Shown here one piece after another: positions 50,832 through 60,720 of a DNA stretch of 64,000 nucleotides. Positions within the stretch are counted from its first letter, which is position 1, and every line of letters begins with the position of its first letter. The DNA is from an uncultured Holophagales bacterium (GTDB taxonomy: Bacteria > Acidobacteriota > Thermoanaerobaculia > Multivoradales > UBA5704): assembly GCA_963842525.1 (NCBI GenBank), contig CAWJGT010000009.1, positions 160,001 to 224,000 of the forward strand, read 5' to 3'. A model generated the notes under the pieces. It ran no database searches and was not told the DNA's origin. It worked only from the letters and a program-made list of their open reading frames with translations. A program made the position numbers and the translations under genes.

Positions 50832-52190
50832 CCCGGGCTGGTTCTCCAGCCGCTTCAGAAAGGACACGATCTGCCGGACCAGCTCCGCCGTCGCCGCCCG
50901 TTGACGACAGGCGTCGCGCAGGTAGCGGACCGCCCGCAGCGCTTCGCGCTCCACTCCGAGATCGCGGAAGATTTCCAAGGCCTCTTCGGCCAGGGTCTCG
51001 ACTTCCGCGGCCTTACCCCGTCGGAGCAGGACGGCCGCCAGCTCCAGGCCGAGCATCGCTGCGAGATATTCTCGATCACGAGCGAGGAATTCCTTTTTGA
51101 CCTCGGAGAAGACTTCCTCGGCGCGGCGAAGCTTGCCCAGGCCGGCGAAGATCTTTCCCTCCACCCCGCGCAGCTTCAGAAGGTTCAGAGGATCTCCCGC
51201 GAATGCCTGGCGCAGGCCGCTCTCGAGGAGGAGTCGACGTGCCTCGCGATAATCCCCGGAGTCTACAAGGGCATGCAGCAGCGCTTCCTGGCTGGTCGCA
51301 ACCAGCTTGGGATCCCGCTGCGGGTTGATCGCCTCAAGTCCCTGAAGGAGCACCTCCACCGCTTCCTGGGGCCGGCCATCGCGGTGGAGCGCAATGCCCT
51401 TCTTGATGAGAGCACGGCCGGCGAGGTGGGTCTCGCCCAGTGCGAGGTAATGGCGGTGTAGCTGGCCGAGGAGATCGAGCGTGTCGCTGAGCTTGCGCTC
51501 ATCCATCCGCAGGGACGCTTCGACGTCGAGGAGGCGCCCCAGGATCATCGGGTCGCGGGTGCCCTGTTCCAGCACCTCGGCAGCCTCGGCGAGAGCGTTC
51601 TCGGCCTCCTTGTATTGGTGGATGAGCCGCTCTGCATTGGCCAGCTCGATCAGGGTCCGGGCGTGCAGGTCGGCCCACTGCGCCGGCGTGTGGTGTCCCC
51701 GATCCATCTCCTCCTCTCTACCGATGCGTTGGACCGCCGAGCTGGCCGCCCAGACAAGGAACCGCATCCGTTCGGGATCGCGGTAGCGAAGCTCGAAGCT
51801 CAGCGCCAGGATCGCTTCGATCCATGCCCAGCCGTGGACCTCCTCGGCGAGGTCGTCGAAGATCTCCACCGAGCCTTCGAATGGCCTCTCCCGCGCCCGT
51901 GCCATCAGCCGCTCGAGATCGGCCTTGTCCTCGGCCCACTGCGTCGCATGACGCTCCAAGCCAGCCAGGGCCCGGTCGAGCACCGCGTCATATTCGTCTG
52001 CAACCTCGGCGGGAGCATCCGGAGGCACGGGCTCGTCCTCATCGAGCATCGGCCCGTATGGCGCGAGCTTCCGCCGGCACTCGGCACAGCGGCTCAGGAT
52101 CTGCCGGAGGAAATCCTGGAACGCCGGGCCCTCCAGCCGGCCCGAGACGAAGAGACGGACATCGGAGTCGGTCACATGGGTATGCGGCAT
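50814..52190 (-). CDS. TPR-repeat protein with N-terminal zf-HC2/anti-sigma-like CxxC segment
   Basis: H..D..V..F..G.L....ILSRCAECR; helical repeats (ELANAER..EAENALAEA, GRALIKKGIAL..QEAVEVL); AGGGAG RBS. Confidence 0.8.
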   Translation of the reverse strand: MPHTHVTDSDVRLFVSGRLEGPAFQDFLRQILSRCAECRRKLAPYGPMLDEDEPVPPDAPAEVADEYDAVLDRALAGLERHATQWAEDKADLERLMARARERPFEGSVEIFDDLAEEVHGWAWIEAILALSFELRYRDPERMRFLVWAASSAVQRIGREEEMDRGHHTPAQWADLHARTLIELANAERLIHQYKEAENALAEAAEVLEQGTRDPMILGRLLDVEASLRMDERKLSDTLDLLGQLHRHYLALGETHLAGRALIKKGIALHRDGRPQEAVEVLLQGLEAINPQRDPKLVATSQEALLHALVDSGDYREARRLLLESGLRQAFAGDPLNLLKLRGVEGKIFAGLGKLRRAEEVFSEVKKEFLARDREYLAAMLGLELAAVLLRRGKAAEVETLAEEALEIFRDLGVEREALRAVRYLRDACRQRAATAELVRQIVSFLKRLENQPGLRFVP

Positions 52191-52313
52191 GCGCGGATCT
52201 CCCTCCCTTGGATTCCATCGAGTGCTTCGGTATTGTCTCACACCTTTCGGAGTAATGTTGCTGGAAAAGAGCACCCGGAGGCCGGTTGTACGCCTCCGGG
52301 CTGGGTGCGAAGG

Positions 52314-52694
52314 TCAGCCGTTGGGGTCGATCATGCCGCACTGGTCCGAGCTGGCCGAGGTCCCTGTTATGCAGCGGCCGTCGGGGTCGATCGATAAGCA
52401 TTGGTCCGAGCTGCCCGAGGTCCCTGCGATGCAGCGGCCGTCAGGGTCGATCGATGAGCACTGGTCTGAGTTGGCCGAGGCCCCTGCGATGCAGCGGCCG
52501 TCGGGGTCGATCATGCCGCATTGGTCCGAGCTGGCCGAGTCCGTCGGCTGCCAAGCCAGGACCGCTGTGAGCCATTCCCAGATGCGGCCGAAGCCGGTCG
52601 AGCCCCGCTCGGCCGCGTAGGCAGGTGTCACCGGGCCGGCGAGCGCCAACCCGAAAGCCAGAGCCGCCGCGAGCCATGTTCCTCTCCGAATCAT
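52314..52694 (-). CDS. Secreted precursor peptide with four 20-aa DQCxxIDP[D/N]G repeats
   Basis: GAAGGAGG RBS; signal peptide ending PAYA; 60-bp tandem repeats 52314-52545. Confidence 0.85.
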   Translation of the reverse strand: MIRRGTWLAAALAFGLALAGPVTPAYAAERGSTGFGRIWEWLTAVLAWQPTDSASSDQCGMIDPDGRCIAGASANSDQCSSIDPDGRCIAGTSGSSDQCLSIDPDGRCITGTSASSDQCGMIDPNG

Positions 52695-52987
52695 CGTGCC
52701 CTCCTTCAGACCACGGAGCCCGCCAGGCCGGCATTGGCCGGGACGGTCCGCGGTCCCTACGAGCGATGCCTCCAAGTTTGGACCGGCTTGCCGCAGTTTC
52801 GTCGCCAGTTGGTGAAATTTCTCCGGGTCCACTCTCCGCAATGGAGGTGGCGCTCCGAAGCAATCTAGGTACGTCCAGAAGCGATTGCAAATTCCGCCGC
52901 GGACCGCGGCAAAGCAGGAACCTGTGCAAGGTTTCGCCGCAGCGGCCGCGCGCTTTGCCGTAGAAACTGCGGATTTTCGAATTCTGC

Positions 52988-53016
52988 TTGACAGCCCCAT
53001 TTTCGCGGCGTAGCCT
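52988..53016 (+). promoter_or_regulatory. Sigma70-type promoter, probably leaderless
   Basis: TTGACA-17 bp-TAGCCT with ATG at 53025. Confidence 0.65.
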
Positions 53017-53024
53017 GCCGCATC

Positions 53025-53436
53025 ATGACTGGCCACGGTCAAGGCGGATCACTTAGCCGTTCCTTCACGAGAGACCACTATCGGCGCCTCGCTTTCCGAA
53101 TTGCGGAACAGAGACAGGCGCGCGGCTGGAAGCAGCGGGAAGCTCAGTCAGCGGTCCGGGATCGAGCCCGACCGGCTCTCCCGGCTGGAGCGGGGAGCCC
53201 GAATCCGGATCGACGAGCTGGTCAACCTCAGCCGTGCGTTCGGGTTGGGAGTCGACGAGCTTCTCTTCGAGACCGCATCTTCCAGCGGCGACGAGGTCGT
53301 GGGGCTGGCGCGCGAGATCCGGAGCGTCGTCTCGCCGGAGGACCTGGCCGCGGTGAGCCGGGTCTTCCGTGCGTTGCTGGCGGGCTTTCTATCTCTTCAT
53401 GCGTCGCAGGACGCCGCATCGGGAGGTCGCGAGTGA
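53025..53436 (+). CDS. XRE HTH regulator, frameshift near 53141
   Basis: RIAEQRQARGWKQRE|LSQRSGIEPDRLSRLERG..IDELVNLSRAFG. Confidence 0.75.
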
Positions 53437-53699
53437 GCCGCAGGCCTTCGGACGTCCTGGCGCCGGACGAGCTCGAAGAGCTGACGCGGTTGCTCGCTGA
53501 GCTGCGGGGGCTCCGCGCGCGGTGGGAAGGGCTCCTGGCTCGACTGCACCGGGCCAGGAGATCTTCGGTGCGCGCCCTGGTCCGAGACCGCCTGCTGTGC
53601 GTTCTCCACGACTGCATTGCGCCGGCCCTTCGAGACGTCGACTCGATCGAAGCGGCGGCTCATTTCCGCGCTCCCCAGAGTGACGAGGAAACGATATGA
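53433..53699 (+). CDS. Small helical hypothetical protein
   Basis: GTGA/ATGA overlaps with both neighbours; RLLCVLHDCIAPALRD. Confidence 0.65.
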   Translation: MSRRPSDVLAPDELEELTRLLAELRGLRARWEGLLARLHRARRSSVRALVRDRLLCVLHDCIAPALRDVDSIEAAAHFRAPQSDEETI

Positions 53700-54028
53700 A
53701 TATCGAAGACGAGGTGCGTCGGGCCGCCCGGCTGCTCGAGACCGTGATGCAGGCGGCCGGGCTCACCCGCAAAGACCTCGAACAGCGTCTGGATGCCGGT
53801 CCCGGCTATGTCAGCCAGGTCCTCACAGGGAGAATCGAGCTGAAGCTCCGCCACATCCTCGCCGTTTTGCGGGCGCTCGACGTAGAGCCTGCAATCTTTT
53901 TTCAGGCGCTCTATCCAGATGCAGGGGTTGCGAGCCGCCCGGCGCGCCTTCTCCTCTCACGAGAGGATCTGGAGAGTCTGCTCCGCAGGGCTGTCCGCGA
54001 GGTGCTTGCGGAGCGCAGACTTTTCTAG
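53696..54028 (+). CDS. XRE-type HTH regulator
   Basis: LTRKDLEQRLDAGPGYVSQVLTGRIELKLRHILAVL. Confidence 0.85.
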   Translation: MNIEDEVRRAARLLETVMQAAGLTRKDLEQRLDAGPGYVSQVLTGRIELKLRHILAVLRALDVEPAIFFQALYPDAGVASRPARLLLSREDLESLLRRAVREVLAERRLF

Positions 54029-54045
54029 CGCGATCAGATCCAACC

Positions 54046-54075
54046 AAAAAAAGAGGCCGCTGTCGCCAGCGGCCT
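54046..54075 (-). terminator. Rho-independent terminator of the porin gene
   Basis: AGGCCGCTG-TCGC-CAGCGGCCT hairpin followed by a T run on the minus strand. Confidence 0.75.
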
Positions 54076-54101
54076 GCAGGACTCCGGGGCTGATCGCAGC
54101 C

Positions 54102-55452
54102 CTAGAAGATGATCTGGTACTGGAGGCGGGCCTCCTTGTCGGTGGTCCGCGTCGCGATGTTTTCGAGCTTCCCGGTAGTCGGCCTGGAGCTTGTGGTTGT
54201 GCTTGTTGAAGAAGTAGCCCAGGGCGAGGCCGCGCTCCTCGCGCTCGTTGTCGTCCACGTCGCTGTTGGGGTCGAGCTCGCCGAACCGGAGTGCGATTTC
54301 GAGCTTCTGCGGGATGACGAAGTAGCCGGCCTGTATGTTGAAACCCTCGTCGTCGAAATCGGAGAGGTTGTTGCTGCGGTCGTGCTCGCGCTGGAAGATC
54401 TCGCCGAAGACGGAGAACCGCTTGAATTTGAAGACCACGTCGCCGCCTACGATGGTGCGGTCGTCGGCATGGGCGGGTGTCGAGCCGGCGGCGGCGACCG
54501 GGAACTCGTTCGACTCGTACTGGCCGGCGATGGCGAAGAGCGGCTTCCCGGTGCTGTCGAAATCGCCCTCCGAATACTTCACATCGCCGAACGGCTGCCA
54601 GGTGACGCGGGCGTTCATCTGCAGGTCGTCGTTGTCGTTGCGCGACACGGTCCGGCCGTTGCCGTTGAACACGCCGACGCGCCAGTCGAGCTTGCTGCTG
54701 TTGGGGGTTCCCCAGAGCTGGATGCCGATGTCGCGTCCGCGGGCGAAGGTGTCGGAGACGGTCGAGCGGTCGACGAACTGCTGGCTGCCGGACGAGGTGA
54801 GCTGCTGGCGTCCGAACGGCACTTTGTACTGACCCGCCTTGAGCATGAAGGTCTTTTTGCCCTTGGTGAAGTCGTAGTTGACGGCGGCGTCTTCGAGCGG
54901 GTTGGCGGTGTCGGGCCAGTTGAGCTGCAGCTCGTAGGTGAGATCCTTGGTGTAGGCCCAGCCCTCGAACTTGGTCTTCATGCGGCGGATGCGGAAGGAG
55001 CTGCGGTCCGGATCGTTCGCCGGCTCGACCTCGCGGTTCTCTTGGGTGAAGCGGAACTGCAGCCGGTTGGAGATGATGAGCTCGGCCTGCTTCGAGGCGA
55101 TGGTGGTCTTGCCGTCCTTCCAGCCGACCGTGAAGGCCGGCGTGGTGCTCGGCGTGGGCCGGTCATAGCCGGGCAGGTTGTGCTTGAAGAAGTAGAGGTC
55201 GGCGGCCGTCTCGTTCTCGGCCACGACGGTCTCGCCGTTGGCTCCCTGGCCGACCAGGGTGAGGGAGATGCCCATGTCCCCGCTCTGCGACCAGAGCTTG
55301 TACTTCTCGGGGGTGTTGAACACGTAGATGCGGCCGTCCTTCTCGACCTCCTGGTAATACAAACCCGTCACCTGTGCCAGAGCGACGGAGCTGGCCAGCA
55401 GCGCGAGCATGAGCACGAGCAGGCCGGCTCTCAGCGTAGTGGATCTGCGCAT
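54102..55452 (-). CDS. Phosphate-selective porin O/P family, frameshift near 54165
   Basis: FRIRRMK, GQYKVPFG, RDIGIQ, VGVFNGNG, C-terminal RLQYQIIF*; Pho context. Confidence 0.8.
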
Positions 55453-55531
55453 TCCAAGCTCTCCTTTGATTGCAGTTTGGTGATGCACTGTTCGAGTCGA
55501 AGTCAGGATAGGAGGGCCAGCCTGCAACGCT

Positions 55532-55628
55532 GCGACGGGTCTGTGACAGCCCTGCGACAGCGACCTCTCTTCCGGGAACAAAAGGCCCTTGTCACATCGC
55601 TGTCACAGCACGGTAGACGCGCTGCCAA
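55532..55628. promoter_or_regulatory. Divergent Pho boxes
   Basis: Plus strand TTGTCAC 55589 / CTGTCAC 55600 (11-bp period); minus strand CTGTCGC/CTGTCAC/CCGTCGC at 55560/55549/55538. Confidence 0.75.
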
Positions 55629-55718
55629 ACCCCTCTGCCAGAGTCTCCTCGACCGGAACGGAGAGACGCTCCGTCCGCCCCCTTTGAAAGCTCGTCAACT
55701 CAAGATAAGGAGATCGAG

Positions 55719-56708
55719 ATGAGGCAGAGTCTCAAGAGTCTCAAGTGTCTCAAGATTACTCCGCTCGTCGTGGCGGCAGTTCTGTGTGCGACCAGCTCCT
55801 TCGCCCAGGCCGTCAAGGTCGATGCGGCGATTCCGGCGTACAGCAAGACCAGCGGCGTGTCCGGCAACGTGAGCTCGGTCGGCTCGGACACGCTCAACAA
55901 CCTGATGACGCTGTGGGCGGAGGGCTACAAGAAGGAGTACCCCAACGTCCGCATCCAGATCGAGGGCAAAGGCTCCACGACGGCGCCGCCGGCGCTGATC
56001 CAGGGCACCTCGCAGCTCGGTCCCATGAGCCGTCCGATGAAGGCGGAGGAGATCGACGCGTTCGAGAAGAAATATGGCTACAAGCCGACGGCCATCCGTG
56101 TCGCCGTGGACGGCCTCGCGGTGTTCGTCAACAAGGACAACCCGATCAAGGGACTGACGGTCCAGCAGGTGGACGGGATCTTCTCGAAGGGCCGCTCCTG
56201 CGGCGGCAAGGCGATCGCTACCTGGGGCCAGCTCGGCGTGACCGACCCCGCGTGGGCGAAGCAGCCGATCAGCCTCTACGGCCGCAACTCGGCCTCCGGA
56301 ACCTACGGCTACTTCAAGGAGCATGCGCTCTGCAAGGGCGACTACAAGGACACCGTCAAGGAGCAGCCGGGCTCGGCTTCGGTGGTGCAGGGGATCAGCG
56401 AGGACAAGTTCTCCATTGGTTACAGCGGCGTGGGCTACAAGACCTCGGGTGTGCGGGCGGTGCCACTGGCCAAGGCGGGAGCGCAGTTCATCGACGATTC
56501 CCCGGAGAACATCCTTTCCGGCAAGTACCCGATTGCGCGCTTCCTCTACGTCTACGTCAACAAGGCCCCCAACCGGCCGCTGGACCCGCTGGTGCGGGAG
56601 CTCGTCAAGTATGTGCTCTCGCAGCAGGGCCAGCAGACCGTGGTCAAGGACGGCTTCATTCCGCTGCCTGCGAAGATCGTGCGGGAAGAGCTGGCCAAGC
56701 TCCAGTAA
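55719..56708 (+). CDS. pstS: Phosphate ABC transporter substrate-binding protein
   Basis: [34 protein letters not shown]. Confidence 0.95.
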   Translation: MRQSLKSLKCLKITPLVVAAVLCATSSFAQAVKVDAAIPAYSKTSGVSGNVSSVGSDTLNNLMTLWAEGYKKEYPNVRIQIEGKGSTTAPPALIQGTSQLGPMSRPMKAEEIDAFEKKYGYKPTAIRVAVDGLAVFVNKDNPIKGLTVQQVDGIFSKGRSCGGKAIATWGQLGVTDPAWAKQPISLYGRNSASGTYGYFKEHALCKGDYKDTVKEQPGSASVVQGISEDKFSIGYSGVGYKTSGVRAVPLAKAGAQFIDDSPENILSGKYPIARFLYVYVNKAPNRPLDPLVRELVKYVLSQQGQQTVVKDGFIPLPAKIVREELAKLQ

Positions 56709-56709
56709 G

Positions 56710-58947
56710 ATGGGGAACATGACGGCTGCAAGCGGGCCGCGCCGAGCCCATGATCAGACTCCGAAACGGCGCCTGATCGCGGACCGCGTGGCCCGCTGGG
56801 TCGTCTCCGCGGGCGGCATCGCCATCATCGCCAGTGTCCTCGGCATTCTCCTCTTCATCTTGCTCGAGGTCCTGCCGCTGACCTATTCCGCCGAGGTCGG
56901 CCCGGCGCGCCGCAGGACGATTGCCGGGACGGGCACCATCGGCGCCGTGCTGTCCGACGAGCACCGTTCGCACGTGGCGACTCTGGACGATCACGGGCAG
57001 GTGCGCATCGTCCGCCTGGACGACGGCAAGGTGGTCTACTCGGCCGGGTTGATCCCTCTCTCCCCGGCCCTCTCCCCTCCGACACTGACCGGCGTGAGCC
57101 TGCCGCCGGAGGGCCGTGCTTTCGCCGCCGCCACCCGGGACGGCCGCGTGATCTTGAAAAGCATGGGGTTCAGCGTGGGTTTCGAGGGCCAGCAGCGGGT
57201 GGTGACGCCGGACACCCAGCCGCCGATCTCCCTCGAGCTCGATCCGCAGCATGGGCCTCTGGGCGCCTTCGCCGCGCAACTCGGCGAAGACGGCGGCGCC
57301 ATCGCGGCGGCAATCCTTGCCAATCGTCGTCTGGCAATCGTCCGGCGCGCCGTGGAGACGAACGAGATGACCGGCGAGACGACGGAGTCGCTCTCCCGGG
57401 TCGAGGTGGATGCTCCGGGCCGGGTGACGGCGCTGGTGATCGATTTCGACCAGCGGAACCTCTATGGCGGCACGGCGGGCGGCGAGGTGCTCTGGTGGCC
57501 CCTGCAGGACGGCCAGCCGGGAGCGCTCCAGAGGGAGAGCGCCGGCGCGCCCGTTACGGCCCTGAGCCTGCTGCTCGGCGGGCGGTCCCTCGTCGTCGGC
57601 CAGCAGAACGGCGCCCTGTCGATCTGGTTCGCGGTGCGCCAGCGCGACGACTCCAAGCGGATGCAGCGGATCCGCGACTTCCCGCGCCTGCCGGACGCGG
57701 TGGCCGGCATCGCTCCGTCCCAGCGCGACAAGGGCTTCCTGGCGGTGGGCGGCGGCCGGATGGGCCTCTATTACTCCACATCGCACCGCACCCTGTGGAT
57801 CGGCCCCGCGCCGCTCCAGGGCCTGGCGCTCTTCTACACCCCGAAGGCGGACGGTGCCTTCATCGGCGGTGCCGGGCAGGTGGCCGAGGTGGCCATTCAC
57901 AACCCGCATCCCGAAGTGACGCCGCGCGCCCTCTTCGGCAAGGTCTGGTACGAGGGAGACGACAGGCCCGCGTACGTCTGGCAGTCGACCGGCGGGACCG
58001 ATGACTTCGAATCCAAGCTCTCGCTCACCCCATTGCTGGCGGGTACGCTCAAGGGGACGTTCTATTCGCTGCTGCTGGCCATCCCCCTGGGCATCCTCGG
58101 AGCGATGTACACCTCCCAGTTCATGCATCCGGTCTACAAGCGGTACCTCAAGCCGATGATCGAGATCATGGCCTCGTTGCCCAGCGTCGTCCTCGGCTTC
58201 CTGGCCGGGCTCTGGCTGGCGCCGCGCATCGAGCAGGCAGTCCCCGCGCTGGCCCTGATGGTCATCGTCCTGCCTTTCCTGATCCTGCTGGCCGGCTGGC
58301 TCTGGACCCGGCTGCCGCGCACGTTCCGCGGCCGCTTCCCGGTCGGTACCGAGGCCATTCTTTTCGTTTTTGTGCTGGCGGCGGGCATCGGCCTCTGTTT
58401 CCAGCTCTCGCCGCCCTTCGAGCGCCTCGCCTTCGGGGGCAATTTCCAAGCCTGGCTCCTGCAGGCGACCGGCCTCGGCTATGACCAGAGGAACGCCGTC
58501 GTCGTGGGGCTCGCGATGGGCTTTGCCGTCATCCCGATCATCTTCGCAATTGCCGAGGACGCCTTTTCCAACGTGCCCGGCAACCTGGTGGCCGGCTCGC
58601 TGGCACTGGGAGCCGACCGCTGGCAGACCGTGACCCGGGTGGTCCTGCCGACCGCGTCGCCCGGCATCTTCTCGGCCGTCATGGTCGGCTTCGGCCGCGC
58701 GGTGGGCGAGACGATGATCGTGCTCATGGCGACGGGCAACACGCCAATCATGTCGTGGAACCCCTTCAACGGCTTCCGGACATTGTCGGCCAATATCGCC
58801 GTGGAGATCCCGGAAGCCCCGCACGCCGGGACCCTCTATCGGACCCTGTTCCTGGCCGGTCTGCTCCTGTTCATCATCACCTTCGTCGTCAACACGGTGG
58901 CGGAGCTCGTGCGGCAGCGGCTGCGCGTACGGTACTCTCAACTCTGA
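56710..58947 (+). CDS. pstC: Phosphate ABC permease PstC, long form with beta-propeller-like insert
   Basis: EIMASLPSVVLG, GRAVGETMIV, RTLSANIAVE. Confidence 0.9.
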   Translation: MGNMTAASGPRRAHDQTPKRRLIADRVARWVVSAGGIAIIASVLGILLFILLEVLPLTYSAEVGPARRRTIAGTGTIGAVLSDEHRSHVATLDDHGQVRIVRLDDGKVVYSAGLIPLSPALSPPTLTGVSLPPEGRAFAAATRDGRVILKSMGFSVGFEGQQRVVTPDTQPPISLELDPQHGPLGAFAAQLGEDGGAIAAAILANRRLAIVRRAVETNEMTGETTESLSRVEVDAPGRVTALVIDFDQRNLYGGTAGGEVLWWPLQDGQPGALQRESAGAPVTALSLLLGGRSLVVGQQNGALSIWFAVRQRDDSKRMQRIRDFPRLPDAVAGIAPSQRDKGFLAVGGGRMGLYYSTSHRTLWIGPAPLQGLALFYTPKADGAFIGGAGQVAEVAIHNPHPEVTPRALFGKVWYEGDDRPAYVWQSTGGTDDFESKLSLTPLLAGTLKGTFYSLLLAIPLGILGAMYTSQFMHPVYKRYLKPMIEIMASLPSVVLGFLAGLWLAPRIEQAVPALALMVIVLPFLILLAGWLWTRLPRTFRGRFPVGTEAILFVFVLAAGIGLCFQLSPPFERLAFGGNFQAWLLQATGLGYDQRNAVVVGLAMGFAVIPIIFAIAEDAFSNVPGNLVAGSLALGADRWQTVTRVVLPTASPGIFSAVMVGFGRAVGETMIVLMATGNTPIMSWNPFNGFRTLSANIAVEIPEAPHAGTLYRTLFLAGLLLFIITFVVNTVAELVRQRLRVRYSQL

Positions 58948-58963
58948 CGTGGAGCCGGACGAT

Positions 58964-60703
58964 ATGAATGCCCCGTCTTCGCAGGCCTCGTCAGAGGAGG
59001 CCGCCCAGGGCGCCTCCCGGTCGACGACGCGAGCCGTGGCCGACCGGCAGGCGCGGGACGTCTCCCTCTTCGGCGGCTACCGCCGGCGGTCCGGCGCCAT
59101 CGGGCAGGCCCTGACCTGGCTGTGTGGCGGAGCGCTCGCCTTCAACCTCCTGTTGGTCATTGCCATCCTGACCCTGCTGGCCGTCAACGGCCTGAGCTAC
59201 TTCTGGCAGAAGGACCTCGTGCTCCTCTCCCTGAAGGATGGCCGCAAGGTCCTGGGCGAGGTCTGGGAGGTGGAGAAGGTGCCCATCGAGGACGGCGCGG
59301 CCGCCATCGACCGCATGCGCCTGAAGATCGGCAACCGGGACGTCAGCGGGCTCGACTTCGTCTGGATCGACGAGAAGGACGTCGCCAGACGTTCCCGGCC
59401 TCGCGACGCGATGATGCTGGAGCGCCTCGAGTGGGGAAACTTCTACGGCAACATGGCCGAGCTGCGCCGGGGAAGCCAGGTGCTCGCCTCGGGCCAGGAT
59501 GCGGTCCTGCAAGCCTTCACCCCGCTCCACGCGCAGAAGGTCCGGGAGCTGGAGCAGATCGAGGACCTGGAGAAGGGCGGGATCGGCGACCTCAACTACG
59601 AGATCGAGCGCCTGCGGCTCGCGGAGAGGCGCCTGGAGCTGGAGCACGTGCCGGAGGCCGAGCGCCAGCGACGCAAAGCCGAGCTGGAGAAGGAGATCGC
59701 GAGCCGTCAGGCGGAATATGAGCAATTGGCCGCCCGGCTCACGCAGATGCGCGAGCGCTTGCAGGCCGAGACGCTGGTGATGCGCACGGCCGAGGGCGAG
59801 ACCAAGGAGATGCCGGTCGGGGCCGTGGTCCGGGCCTTCCAGCCCAACGAGATGGACACGCTGGCCCGGCTGCGGCTCTACGGCTCACGGAGCTGGGAGT
59901 TCGTCAGTGCCGATCCGCGCGAGTCCAATACCGAGGGAGGGATCTTTCCCGCCATCTTCGGCACGGTGATGATGGTCTTCCTCATGTCCTTCGCCGTGGC
60001 GCCGCTCGGCGTGCTGGCCGCGCTCTACCTGCGTGAATACGCCAAGCAGGGGCTCCTGGTCCGCATCGTGCGGATCGCGGTCAACAACCTGGCGGGGGTG
60101 CCGTCGATCGTCTTCGGCATGTTCGGGCTCGGCTTCTTCGTCTACCTGATCGGCGGCTCGATCGATCGCATTTTCTATCCGGAGGCCCTGCCGACGCCGA
60201 CCTTCGGCACCGGCGGCATCTTCTGGGCGGCCCTGACGCTGGCGCTGCTGACGGTGCCGGTGGTGATCGTGGCCGCGGAAGAGGGGTTGGCGGCGGTGCC
60301 GCGGATCGTGCGCGAGGGCTCGCTGGCTCTGGGGGCCACCAAATTCGAGACCATCCGGCGGGTGGTCATCCCCGCCGCGGCGCCGGGCATCCTGACGGGG
60401 ATGATCCTGGCCATGGCGCGCGCCGCGGGCGAGGTGGCGCCGCTGATGATCGTCGGCATGGTGAAGCTGGCTCCCACCCTGCCCGTGGACGGCAAGCCGC
60501 CGTTCGTCCACTTCGAGCGCAAGTTCATGCACCTGGGCTTCCACATTTTCGACGTCGGCTTCCAGAGCCCCAACGTGGAAGCCACGACGCCGCTGGTGTT
60601 CGCCACCGCGCTGCTGCTGATCATGGTGGTGACGGTGATGAACCTGCTGGCCATCTCGCTGCGCAACCACCTGCGCCGCAAATATGCCGGAAGCGCGGTT
60701 TGA
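58964..60703 (+). CDS. pstA: Phosphate ABC permease PstA, long form
   Basis: [32 protein letters not shown]. Confidence 0.9.
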   Translation: MNAPSSQASSEEAAQGASRSTTRAVADRQARDVSLFGGYRRRSGAIGQALTWLCGGALAFNLLLVIAILTLLAVNGLSYFWQKDLVLLSLKDGRKVLGEVWEVEKVPIEDGAAAIDRMRLKIGNRDVSGLDFVWIDEKDVARRSRPRDAMMLERLEWGNFYGNMAELRRGSQVLASGQDAVLQAFTPLHAQKVRELEQIEDLEKGGIGDLNYEIERLRLAERRLELEHVPEAERQRRKAELEKEIASRQAEYEQLAARLTQMRERLQAETLVMRTAEGETKEMPVGAVVRAFQPNEMDTLARLRLYGSRSWEFVSADPRESNTEGGIFPAIFGTVMMVFLMSFAVAPLGVLAALYLREYAKQGLLVRIVRIAVNNLAGVPSIVFGMFGLGFFVYLIGGSIDRIFYPEALPTPTFGTGGIFWAALTLALLTVPVVIVAAEEGLAAVPRIVREGSLALGATKFETIRRVVIPAAAPGILTGMILAMARAAGEVAPLMIVGMVKLAPTLPVDGKPPFVHFERKFMHLGFHIFDVGFQSPNVEATTPLVFATALLLIMVVTVMNLLAISLRNHLRRKYAGSAV

Positions 60704-60720
60704 GCTCCGTGGAGACCAAG

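Noticed and set aside
52314-52694. Graspetide, lasso or lanthipeptide cluster around the repeat peptide
   Set aside because: No ATP-grasp, lasso cyclase, LanB/C/M, YcaO or radical-SAM gene nearby, and the Sec-type signal peptide is atypical for these classes.
50460-54028. Prophage immunity region
   Set aside because: No integrase, replication or structural phage genes, and no att repeats recognised around the cassette.
19852-55452. Programmed frameshifting or true pseudogenisation of kdgK, eda, lldP, phoU, porin, XRE and others
   Set aside because: Single-base indels scattered through otherwise well-conserved genes fit sequencing or assembly error better; reads are needed to decide.
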